DNA of 248,000 bases from Octopus vulgaris. Its lineage: Eukaryota. Shown here in pieces: positions 188,545 to 201,589 of the stretch. Location of the stretch: NCBI GenBank assembly GCA_951406725.2, contig OX597815.1, forward strand, positions 35,484,001 through 35,732,000, given 5' to 3'. Both the position numbers and the translations under genes were made by a program. Position 1 is the first letter of the stretch. Each line of letters begins with the position of its first letter. The notes beneath the pieces were generated by a model. The model searched no databases. It saw nothing but the letters and a program-made list of their open reading frames with translations, and was not told where the DNA came from.

Positions 188545-190299
188545 CCACTACACTCACGGAGTGGTTGGCGTTAGGAAGGGCATCCAGCCGTAGAAACATT
188601 GCCATATCAGACTGGGCCTGGCGCAGCCTTCTGGCTTCCCAGACCCCAGTTGAACCGTCCAACCCATGCTAGCATGGAAAGCGAACGCTAAATGATGATG
188701 GTGATGATGATGATGATAAGCGCATGTGTGTATGTTTTTGTGTCTGTTCCCCACCATCGCTTGAAAACAGATGTTGGTTTGTTTGTGTCCACCTAACTTA
188801 GTGGTTCGACAAAGTAACTGATAGAATAAGTACCAGGCTTTAAAAACAAGACCTGGAACTGATTCGTTCGGCTAATACACTTCAAGGCGGTGTCTCAGCA
188901 TAGTCCAGTCCAATGAATGAAACAAATGAAAGATAAAAAGCGGTACGTAGAAAGGAAAGTGAATCAGACGAATCAACAAACAGACGAACAACTCAACCCG
189001 GATGTCGAGTGATCCGCTTCAAAAGATTTCATTCTAATCAGCAAGCACTCATATACTTCCTGCTAAGCAGAGTGAACGAATCAACAGTAAGTTCCCGCGA
189101 TCAAGAAATAAATGAATGAACATACTTTGGTCATCGATGATTAGTCGGAATATTTTGATTAATCTGTTTCGGCGATATTTGAAGCAAAATTTGAACAAAT
189201 TTGAAGGCCAAAACAATGCATTTATTATATAGACCCGTTGATTGGCTTTCTTTCTCTTTATTTAATTTTTTTAGCCTGATTTCCAATCACAAAGATCCCC
189301 TTTCCATCGAGTTCATTTTTTTGGTCTTTGTTGCCATACACATTCGGTAGCTTTCTTACAACGGGGTCTAATGCTCTTAGCTTAGACTTTTTGGGGGCAA
189401 CCAGATCGAACTGTTTCAAGTGTAACTGCTCGAAACGGTCGTGACCTCAGTTACTTGACGAAAGAAGGCCACGAGTGACCCGTCTTATAAAGAGACAGGG
189501 GTTTAAAGTTTGAGGTAGAGAAGAGATAAAAGTAACCCGGAAAGAGAGGGTTATAGGTATGGAAGTAGTGAGGGCAGGTAAAGGTATTCAGACCGAAAAG
189601 TTTTTATAAGTTGTAGTGTTACAGGTGCTATTGTATGTATGATTTTATAGTTTCTAGGGGATATGTGATTTTGTCGAAAGGAGACTTACATAAAGTCATT
189701 AAAAATATACATAACATGATCAGTGGGTTAGAACAGTGGTTTTCAACCAGGGTTCCGCCAGTACAGTGCAGTGGTTCCGCAAGAAGTTACAAAACTGCTA
189801 AAATCGGCAGGGATTTTTAAGTCTCCTGTGCAGATATGTGTGCATAAGACTATTAAATTATTGCACAGGGGTTCATCGAGCCAGTGGAATGTTTCCTTGG
189901 GGTTCCGCTCCAGCAAAAAGTTTGAAAAGCACTGGGTTAGAACATAGAAAGTTAAGTAGTGTAATCAACAAAAGAGGATGAAGTCAGACTAACCAGTCAG
190001 GGGTTATCATGAGATAGTATTATATATAGCACACCACATACCATAACACATAGTTTATAACATATGCAATTCAATTTAATTCACCATATAACATAATATC
190101 CCATGATTTTATTATATTTACAACGGATACGACACCAACATTAATTCCCTCCTTCAAAGTTCAAGTATGGCACCTGTAATCGTTAGTTTCGAAAATACTT
190201 AAATATACGGGTGACGCTATGCATGCATGATACCCTTAAGTGGAGTTGGTATCTCTGGGTGCATGAACTAAATGGGATCTCCCTAACAAGAAGCTCACA

Positions 190300-191090
190300 T
190301 GGACCGGCCTGTGGAGATTGGAATCTTTGCACATCTTCCTGCTATAGCTGGTATATGACACACTCCCGACACAAACAAACCTGCACAGATGGGGTTTGCG
190401 AGAAGACCAGCTGTGTAGACTTTGTGGAAAAAGGGGGCACTCTGGCACACATTTTGGCAGGGTGCAGAATAGTACTTTCTCAACGCAGATATAAATGGCG
190501 CCACGATAGGGTGCTTGCAACACTTGCTCATACCATGGAGCATGAAAGGCGCAAGAAACATCATCACCAAGGGAATGCAACAGCAGCAATTAATTCCATG
190601 AAAGAGGGAGAGAGACCAGTAAAGTCAGCAAAAACAATACATACCTTGCTGCAAGGATCTCAACCATGGGATATGAAAGTGGGCTTAAGGAAGAGATTGC
190701 ACTTTCCCCAGTTTGTCCATACAACCCTGAGGCCAAATGTGGTCCTGTGGTCTGAAAAGTCCAAGAAAGTTATCGTAATTGAACTAACAGTCCCGTGGAA
190801 AGTAGGGTAGGATGAGGCCCATGAACAGAAGCGTGCCAGATATGAGAGCCTTCTGCAGAATTGCAGGGAGAAGGGATGACAGGTATGGCTTTTCACAGTT
190901 GAGGTTGACTGTAGGGAATTCCCTACTCAGTCGACATGGATGATGCTTACAACAATTGGAACGAGAGGTAAGGAGCAAAGCGTGGCTGTGCGCAGGATGG
191001 GAGAGGTAGCTGAAACAGCCCCTTGTTGGCTTTGGAGTAAGAGAGAAGAGTTAAGCTGGAAGCCAGAACGAAATGAGGAGCAGTGACTTG
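190300..191090 (+). mobile_element. R2/NeSL-like RLE non-LTR element 3' remnant
   Basis: GTLAHILAGC, RYKWRHDRVL, LRPNVVLWSEKSKKVIVIELTVPW. Confidence 0.8.
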
Positions 191091-191507
191091 GTCACCTCTC
191101 TAACCCACCAGCGGAAGGGTGTTACAGTGCAGGTTCGAAACACCCGATGAATGTTGGATACCTATTTCTTTATTACCCACAAGGGGCTAAACACAGAGGG
191201 GACAAACAAGGACAGACATAGGTATTAAGTCGATTACATCGACCCCAGTGCGTAACTGGTACTTAATTTATCGACCCCGAAAGGATGAAAAGCAAAGTCG
191301 ACCTCGGCGGAATTCGAACTCACAACGTAACGCAGACGAAATACCGCTAAGCATTTCGCCCGGCGTGCTAACGTTTCTGCCAGCTCGCCGCCTTAATGTT
191401 GGATACCGTCTGACAACATCAGTTCCTCTTGGCTAAGGCTCCATTCACTTTGGTGAATGGATAAAGCACCTCCTTATAAGTGTTATTAACATACATACGC
191501 ATAATAT

Positions 191508-191567
<60 letters not shown>

Positions 191568-191568
191568 G

Positions 191569-191672
<104 letters not shown>

Positions 191673-191794
191673 GAGAAAGAGAGAGAGAGAGAGAGAGCGT
191701 TCCAGACCTATGCCGAAATTCTTCAAATGTTGAAAATCCTGGATTCACGACGGTAACACCGTTGTAGGGATTATACACGTATATAAACAATATA

Positions 191795-192307
191795 TCTATA
191801 TATATAAAACTGTAGTTGTGTGAGTGTCTGTCCCCTTCGATTTAGATTCCTAACTACTCCCACATTTTGCGGTGCAGTTTAACCAAATTTGGGTATCTTA
191901 TAGTCGTGATTCATATCGAGCCCGTCTGAGTATTAGCGCGCATCTACGATGAGTCTACGATTTTAAAAATAATTTAACATCATTTTTTATTCCATTTTAA
192001 TGCATAATTTTTCGTGTGTCGATGGCGGCGGAGTTGGCGTCCATGGTCACACCTGCACCTGTTTTCTTCTCCCCCTTCTTCCCTCCCTCGTGAAGCTGTG
192101 GGGAAGGGAATGTAAGGAAATCAACGTCGTAAAGCGTTGTCAAGGAGACCAGCGTTCTTTTAGAACAACGACTTCATGGCTTGAAGACACCAAAACAGAA
192201 ATGGCTAAGAAAGCCCGAATTGGCATCCATAAGGGAAGTAACTCTCTAAAAATGCTTATATAGTTATTTCCCTTACAAACCCGAGCAACGCCGGGCGATA
192301 CTGCTAG
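191795..192307 (+). mobile_element. Non-autonomous Helitron with both termini
   Basis: A|TC...CCCGAGCAACGCCGGGCGATACTGCTAG|T. Confidence 0.88.
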
Positions 192308-192455
192308 TACAAGTATATAAATCGATTATCTTACATCGTCACTTGAATGGTTCTGTAGCTGTTTGAATACTCAGTGACGATTTCCGTCCTGGAGGGAACT
192401 GCGTCAGGCAGCTCCTACACCCGGACGGAAACCGTGCTGCGTGTCAGTGACCAAC

Positions 192456-192527
<72 letters not shown>

Positions 192528-192893
192528 ATGTATGTATGTATGTATGTATGTATGAATGGATTTGCCTTTTATCCATTCGGATTCAGTACCGAAAAACATA
192601 ATGTGTGTCTTGCCAAGGAGGCGGCAGGTTAGCAGAACTGTAAGGACGTCGGACCGGTTGCTTTGCAGTATTTATTCCGGCTCTTTGCGTTCTGAGTTCA
192701 GATCCCACCGTGGCCTACTTGGGTGATAGGTTTTAACTCGTCATTTGGTCCAACACCACCATTTGGTATTTCCGGTGACTTTAGCGGAGTCTTATCTGTT
192801 GCAAGCATACGGAACAGGCTTCCGTTGTGGGGATCGTTTCCACCAGTCTCGGACTCCTTCCCACCTGAACAAAACATGCACACACACACACAT

Positions 192894-192938
<45 letters not shown>

Positions 192939-193058
192939 CATTCATACTTTGAATTTGGTGATACTAGCTGTGGCTTCTAGCTCGCTCTGATACTGAGTTG
193001 AGTTGGTGCCTTCTAGTATCTCAAAATTCAATATTCAATCATTCATGATTGTTAGTAT

Positions 193059-193150
193059 CCTGCGCTGATGAAAGAAGAAGTCTGGGTAAAGTAGAGTTAT
193101 CTAATTCTTATGATTTCCTAAGACTTGATCTCGAAACGTACGTCCGTAGG
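193059..193150 (+). ncRNA. Type I hammerhead ribozyme, copy 1
   Basis: CCTGCG/CGTAGG stem I, CTGATGA, AAGA-AG-AAGTC...GACTT-GA-TCTC stem II (A-C at the base), GAA-ACGTACGT-C; C17 at 193144. Confidence 0.72.
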
Positions 193151-193645
193151 TGACTTAAAACTGTATGATAGATTGCCGTTAATTCATTCTCTTTTACCTG
193201 TTTGTGTTTGCCTTTCAAATGCTGTGCCTTTACTGTGATCTCCCTTTTAGTAGAAGAAATAGCTATAATCTCTTTGACTGCTATTTCTAAATTCGGTGTG
193301 TGGTAAGGCAATTCGTTGCTAAACCCTTAATTGCTTAGTATTACTTAAATTTTCCTCGAATGAGGCTTTTACATGCCGAAGACTACTTGGTGTAATTGAT
193401 AATTGTTCCAAATTAATTAATTTCACCCTTCATTGTTACTCATAAACCATATTCATCCCAGTAAATGACCACAGCACTTTGTCCTGGCTACACGCGGGTG
193501 GGAAGGGACTGGTGACACAAGCTTTCATTCATACTTTGAATTTGGTGATACTAGCTGTGGCTTCTAGCTCGCTCTGATACTGAGTTGAGTTGGTGCCTTC
193601 TAGTATCTCAAAATTCAATATTCAATCATTCATGATTGTTAGTAT

Positions 193646-193737
193646 TCTGCGCTGATGAAAGAAGAAGTCTGGGTAAAGTAGAGTTATCTAATTCTTATGA
193701 TTTCCTAAGACTTGATCTCGAAACGTACGTCCGTAGG
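193646..193737 (+). ncRNA. Type I hammerhead ribozyme, copy 2
   Basis: Same as copy 1 with TCTGCG stem I; C17 at 193731. Confidence 0.7.
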
Positions 193738-193923
193738 TGACTTAAAACTGTATGATAGATTGCCGTTAATTCATTCTCTTTTACCTGTTTGTGTTTGCCT
193801 TTCAAATGCTGTGCCTTTACTGTGATCTCCCTTTTAGTAGAAGAATAGCTATAATCTCTTTGACTGCTATTTCTAAATTCGGTGTGTGGTAAGGCAATTC
193901 GTTGCTAAACCCTTAATTGCTTA

Positions 193924-193966
<43 letters not shown>

Positions 193967-194566
193967 GTACGTCAAAGTCGATCTCGGCGAAATTTGAACT
194001 CAAAACGTAAAGACAGAAGAAATACAGTTAAGCATTTCACCCGACGCGCTAACGTTTCTGCCAGCTCACCGCCTTAGAAAGTAAAAGTTGATATTTTCTT
194101 TATTCTTATAGCTAAAGCGTTACTCCCTTACTTTTACTGACAGGAAATTTCGTAACATTTTACCTCATAACTATTTTTCTACTAAATATTGTTCAATGCG
194201 ACTAGTGATTCTGAATTTCTCATGCATTTTTCTATCATTTAAGCCCAAGAAAGGTATACTTTTAATTCAAATTTAAATAGTTTATGTTAATTGAAGGTGA
194301 ATAGGTGCCTTACTACTCCCCTTGAGGTCGTAGATATTTTGACGTTACTTTTTTTTCTACTGAACCAAATCTTAAACTATTTATGCCAAAGTGTAGCTGA
194401 GGAAGTGTCCTCTTTAAAACTATTAAGTTTGCAATTTAGTTGAGAACTGAATTAGTGAAGTTTGGAAGCTGCTGTGATTGACGAAATGGTGCACTTAAGA
194501 ATATATTCAACCACTACCGTGGTTGAATGATACATGTATATGCATATACATACATGCATACATATA

Positions 194567-194622
<56 letters not shown>

Positions 194623-194702
194623 TATGTATATACATACATATATATATATATACATATATACATACAAATATATATGTGTGTATGTATATATACATACATA
194701 CA

Positions 194703-194735
<33 letters not shown>

Positions 194736-194767
194736 GCATACATACATATATGTGTATATATATATAC

Positions 194768-194812
<45 letters not shown>

Positions 194813-194832
194813 TGTATATATGCATACCTACA

Positions 194833-194874
<42 letters not shown>

Positions 194875-197449
194875 TGTTGGTTGCGCTCAGCGCACGACAA
194901 TTAATTATTCCCTTCAGGTTTCGGCTATTATAGTTAATCGTGTTAAATTCACACTGTCACGTGTTCATAAGGGGTCCTGTGCCGTCAGAGATGGGCTATT
195001 AAGTAATACACAGAGTGCATCAATAATGACAGAAGAGTATATGGGCTTGAACATAGTATTCCTTTATTTTGTCTGTTACGTATGTTTCAGTATACGGTAA
195101 CACATGATGTCACACTATAGTTGCAATCCATAGATGCACCTAAGGGGAACATGCATGAGTAAACACATCTTCAGACACATAACCGAGAAATGCAAGCCAC
195201 AAATATGCATTAACCAAGTTTAGATCCTTGAGAGGTACAAGGCTAAAGGAGGAGTGTCCGGGAGGATCATGATCCCCACAGCAACAAATGTGAACTAGTC
195301 TTGGTAAGAACAGACCGAACTATAGAGTAGGAGACCTAACTATAAAAGGATATAGACTCGAATTTAATATGACAAATGCATTAATGAATATATCTAATAA
195401 AGTTGCACAAGGTCTGACATATTAGTAGAACACCCGAATTCATTTACTCAGACGCCTTTTTTCTTGTGCAACGTGGCGCAGGGTGAGCAGTCAATAACAA
195501 CAAAATGACAAGATTTTGAAAATTCAGTTTTGTTTCCAATTTTTGTACCAGGATAACTTCTTATCACTAAGATGAAACTATATAAAACTATATATATTCT
195601 GAACATATACCTAATGGTGAGTATAAAAATCTAAAAAATACAGCATTTGGAACTACTCTAAATATGAAGTTTTATCCCCTGAAAATGAGTCAAAATTAAA
195701 TTCTCACTATGGTAGGTAGTTCAGAACTGCGAAAATCGATTAGAAAAACTTTAGAACCTGGAAATGGCTATACAAAAATTACGAAGTGATTGATCAATGG
195801 GACCTCATACATTTATAATATCTTTATAGATTCAGGGGGGGGGGGGGCGAAAAGAAGAAAGATTCTTCTAGTCTCATATTGAGAGTTGATGGGTCAACCA
195901 TAAAAGTTTTCTTAGACCATATTTTGCCTCCAAAGTTGAATAACAATTAGTAAAACGAGTAAAATGTCAAACATAACATAGAAAGCGAAATAAATCAAAA
196001 ACAGTTCGCCAGGTTAATACGTATGATATCAAACTTTGTAAATGTTTAATATCATTGCATGAAATATTATTGAAACGATTAGTTATGTTTCCAAAAGAAG
196101 GATCGACGTTTTTACAATTATGTCTTTTACTGAAATCCAACAAATATTTTTTTAGCCAGAAAAATTGACTGGCGGAGCCTTTAGGACGAAAGAACTTTAC
196201 ACTAATATCAGAGTGTTCAGCTGAAACATAATTGCCACTCCGAAGTACCAATCATTATCGTACCGACACACATAGTTATCTTGTAGTGGCTGTCCTCATG
196301 AATGATTTCCAGATACAAGACTCGTGGATATGTCATTATATATTCACTAGAATGACCTTTTTTTTTTCAGTCAGGTACTCGTCGAGCAAAATGCATGGCA
196401 GTGTTGCGTCCGTCTTCACGTTCTGAATCAATATGTTTTTGGGGTCAATAAAATAAGTATCAGTAGAGTACTGGAATTGATGTAATCGACTTACCCCTCC
196501 CCAAAAATTGCTGGCCTTGTGCCAAAATTTCAAACCGATGGAACCCACCGTGGGGATCGCCTCATCACCTACCTTCAATAAAGCAGTGTTCCTTTATCTA
196601 ATGGCCGACATTTTATGTCTGTCTTTGTATTGTCCTCCCTCATCCTTCGCTCTGTTGGCAAATAAAAGAAATTGTTATTGTTGTAGTCGTCGTTGTCGTT
196701 GTTGTTGTTGTTGTTGTTACTACAGTTGCTGCTACTGTTATTGTTATAACAGCCCTAGGAAGTCTCCCTCTTTTCGGGAATTTTGGTTATAATTGTATAT
196801 TGTTAGTTTTGTTTTTACTTTTTACATGCCTCTTTTATAACTCCGCATTGCATTGTCTGATACTCTCCCCAATGCTTTTCGTGAACCCTTAAGGGTTAGA
196901 GTGAGAGAGCAATGCATCCCATCTAAGTAACATTGGGGTACAAATATACGAAGCCCAATATACCTACTATGACTACCCGTCTGATAAGGGCACACCAGGC
197001 ACATACATCACAACCATATGTGAGCGACATGGTGATCTTATACCAGGACAAACAGCGCATGACCTTGTAGATGGGGCCCAGTTACAATTTTCTTCAGATT
197101 GAGTAGTGCATGCCGCACAAAAGGTCCCTGAATAAGGTTTGTTTAAGGATGATGAACAAAACGCCCATGTTTCCAGAGGTGAATTATTCAAACCCCGAAG
197201 AATTCCTCTCAACACATGGCTATGATGCTCCCTCACTACATCTGCTCGTGATCAGAGATGCGCATATCGTCAGCCACTAAAGGACAGGCTCAACTGGTTA
197301 AGGTCAAGCAACTGACAAATTTGTGGTATTGAGCAGAATATCTGCTGTAACCCTTCTTTTATACAGAGACAAAACATTTACATGATGGCACTTCCAATCA
197401 ATTATGATCAAAAGCCATGAGAGCCTCTACCTGGTACTGCATTAGGGCA

Positions 197450-197511
<62 letters not shown>

Positions 197512-197695
197512 AGTGAGAGAGTAGTGCATACCATCAAAGTGACACTGGGGTAAAAGATACGAAGCCCAGTATACCCATCATGACTACCCCGTCTGATAAG
197601 GATACACCAGGCACATGCATCACAACGATACGTGCGTGACATGGTGATCTCATATCAAGATAAACAGCGCATGACCTTATTATTATTATTATTAC

Positions 197696-197809
<114 letters not shown>

Positions 197810-197810
197810 C

Positions 197811-197863
<53 letters not shown>

Positions 197864-197869
197864 CATTAG

Positions 197870-197938
<69 letters not shown>

Positions 197939-197961
197939 CATCATTATTATTATCATCATCA

Positions 197962-197997
<36 letters not shown>

Positions 197998-199169
197998 CGC
198001 AGAGGTCGAATTTGTCTTTTATTCTTTCGCAGTCGATGAAATAAGTACCAGTTGCGTACTGGGATCGATGTAAATGGCTAGCCCCTTGCTACAAAATTTT
198101 AGACTTTGTGCCTACAGTAGAAAAGAGTGTTGTTGTTGTTGTTGTTGTTGTAGTTCCTACTGCAGTTGCTGCAGTGCCTACTGCAGCTGCTCTTATTTGT
198201 ACTTAAGCATATATACGCGCATACTAGCACACACGCATACTCATACATACTCTGATGCACTCACAAACTAATACGCAAATACTCACATGACTGTATGTAG
198301 GAGTGTAAATAATTTGTCTGAAGTGTACAGACGATTCCGCTATATTATCTGCATAAAATGCTCCTACTCCGCTTGGTGGTGCTAAGTCCTAAAAAATAAC
198401 TTCAGTAACAAATAGCTTACTGTGTCCACAATGAAAACAAGGTGTGTAAATCATACTAAATTCTAAACCCTCATCTCCACTCTAAGTCGATGTTAAGAGA
198501 CTAATAAAAACTCATTGTTCTATGAAGTGCAGTTAAGTCCAAATTTTTATCTATACGAATATCTATCCATTTGGTTTGTCAGCTGACTGGTTAGTTAAGT
198601 ACCTACGTACCTATTTATCTATCTATCTGTCAATTTATCTATCTATTAATCTTGCTAGCTAGCAAGTTGTCTGCCTGTCTGTCTGTACGTGCGTATGTAC
198701 GCACGTATGTATGAATGTATGTGTGTGTATTTGTATACACACACTTGCACGCACGTTTCTTTCTATGTTAAATTATAATAAAAACAATTTTAGGATCTTT
198801 TCGGTTTGAACGGCAGTTTTTTAAAATAATTTCCACATAACTAAACACTTTTAAACTTCGTATACCCTAACCCTAAAACAGATTGAAATGCAATAGATCG
198901 ATAGTAGGGTCATAATTATGGGTGACAAATTCATATGACACCGCTAGAAAAAACTGCCGTTCAAACCGAAAAGATCCCAATTTTACATTAAACTGAAGGA
199001 TTACTCGATACTTTTGTAGAGTACAAATCTATTATTCCTCAACAAGAATAGTATTGACTGTAACTTTGAAGTTTCGGCCAAATAAGCCATCATTGGGCGT
199101 ATGATGGCTTAATCATTGTCAATACTATTCTTATAAAAGAATTCTCTCTTTCTCTCGATTAGATCTAAT

Positions 199170-200110
199170 TACCTTTTGGTTATACACTTTTTATATGCAT
199201 CTGTATTGACTTTCTCTCTAACAATGCCTTTCCCTATATATTGCCCTTATGTAATTCTTTTCCCCAAATGAATTGCACTCCATACAGTGCAGTGACGTCC
199301 AATTCGAGGTCTGGTATAACTCTCAATTCCAAAGTTTGGTGCCAGCCCTCCAGTATCTTCCACACATATATTACTGCATACCTCTCTCTTCTCCGCTTCT
199401 GGGAGTAGAGTCATAACTATTTCAGTCTCTCCCAGTAGCTCAGCTGATGTAATCTTCCTTGTGTAGCATCACTGAACCGCCTCAAGTTCTGCTATTAATC
199501 TGACACTGTAAGGTGACCACAGTTGACAACAGTAGTCCAGATGGCTGAGTTTCCTGGTCTCTTGTTCTGAAGGTTTTCAGAATCCATCCAGCCATTCGCC
199601 AGCATAGTGCCACCATCGTTGCTCATATCAGTCCCAAGATCATGCACCGTATGTGATTCTACGACTGCCGCTCCTTTTCGTTCAAAGTATCATTGTTGAG
199701 ACTTCTGAGTACCAATTAACTGGTAGTGGAGGGTTTGGAATTTGCCTGCATTAAATTGCATGTTGCTGTCCTCAGCCCATTTATATATGGCATCTAGGTC
199801 TTTCTGTAGGGGATTAACATCAGAAGGTTCCTTGACTGCTTGTACTACTTTTGTGTTGTCGGCATAGCTTAGTAAGTGTGGCTGTCTGTGTAACTGATGG
199901 CATATCTAAAAGATCCACCATAAACAGTAGCAACCCCAACACAATTCCCGGAGACACTCCACTTTCTATTACTATCTCCTTGGAGAGGGTTCCGTTCGCT
200001 GCTACAGCCTCGTTTCTGTCTTTAAAGAAGCCAAGCAACCACTCTCTGAGTCTGCGACTTATCGTCCCGTGATCAACCTTATAAAAGGCCTTTCCAAAGT
200101 CGACATGTAT
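199170..200110 (-). mobile_element. Older degenerate CR1-type LINE 3' remnant
   Basis: DFGKAFYKVDH, SGVSPGIVLGLLLF, SHLDYCCQLWSP. Confidence 0.75.
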
Positions 200111-200137
200111 GACATCCATGTGTGAGCGATTCATATG

Positions 200138-200236
<99 letters not shown>

Positions 200237-200628
200237 ATATATATACATATATATAATAATAATATTAGGGAGTAAATCCAAACTTACATGGAAAAATTAG
200301 ATTTAGGATTAAAGTTTATATATTCCGTGTATTCTAAATGTATCTTAATGAAAACGTTATTGTCTTTTGTACACCCTAATGATTTTGCATGCAAAGTATT
200401 TAATATGCAAAATTATATACTCACTTTTAGACTTTTACTTGTTTCAGTCATTTGACTGCGACCATGCCGAAGCACCGCCTTTAGTCAAGCAAATCGACCC
200501 TCAGGACTTATGCTTTGTAAGCCTAGTACTTATTTTATTGGTTTCTTTTGCCGAACCGCTAGGTTATGGGGACGTAAACACACCAGCATCGGTTGTCAAG
200601 CGATTTGGGGGGAAAACAAACACAGACA

Positions 200629-200736
<108 letters not shown>

Positions 200737-201146
200737 TACGACGGGCTTCTTTCAGTTTCCCTCAAGCAAATCTACTCACAGGGCTTTGGTTGGCCCGAGG
200801 CTATAGTAGAAGACACTTGCCCAAGGTGCCACGCAGTGGAACTGAACCCGGAACCATGTGGTTGTAAGCAAGCTACTTACCACACAGCCATTCCCGCGCC
200901 TATTTATATATATTTCGAAATTTTTATTTTGTTTGTGAAATGGAACAATTGTTGGTGAATATATTGTTTAATTCATAAATTAATTTGTATCCATTAGATC
201001 TGTTTTCAAACTCGATAATAATGTTTGATATTTTACCATATTTTATATAATATATTCATTGAAAAGAATGTCTTCAAAATTCAGTATATTAAACAAATGT
201101 ATCTTGGATAAATATCCCTAAATAGCCTCACTGTGACTATATATAC

Positions 201147-201219
<73 letters not shown>

Positions 201220-201220
201220 C

Positions 201221-201310
<90 letters not shown>

Positions 201311-201470
201311 TTTAAGCAGCAGAAAATTCAACAAAATCTGTTACTCTGAGTTTCTCGTTGAGTAACAGATTTTGTTGAATTTTCTGCTGCTTAAAATAAA
201401 GCATATTACTCTACCACTGGTATTTGAGTACTCTTTTTTCCACCTTGTTTCACATTTATGTGTTTACTCC

Positions 201471-201510
<40 letters not shown>

Positions 201511-201589
201511 GTATATATATATGTATATATATATATATATGTATATATATGTATATAGATATATATATATATATATATATATATACTTT

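Larger units (their letters stand above)
192938..193926 (+). mobile_element. Retrozyme/pLTR-like partial tandem (587-bp period) flanked by (TA)n
   Basis: 192938-193338 repeats at 193525-193926; a hammerhead in each copy; no ORF. Confidence 0.8.
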
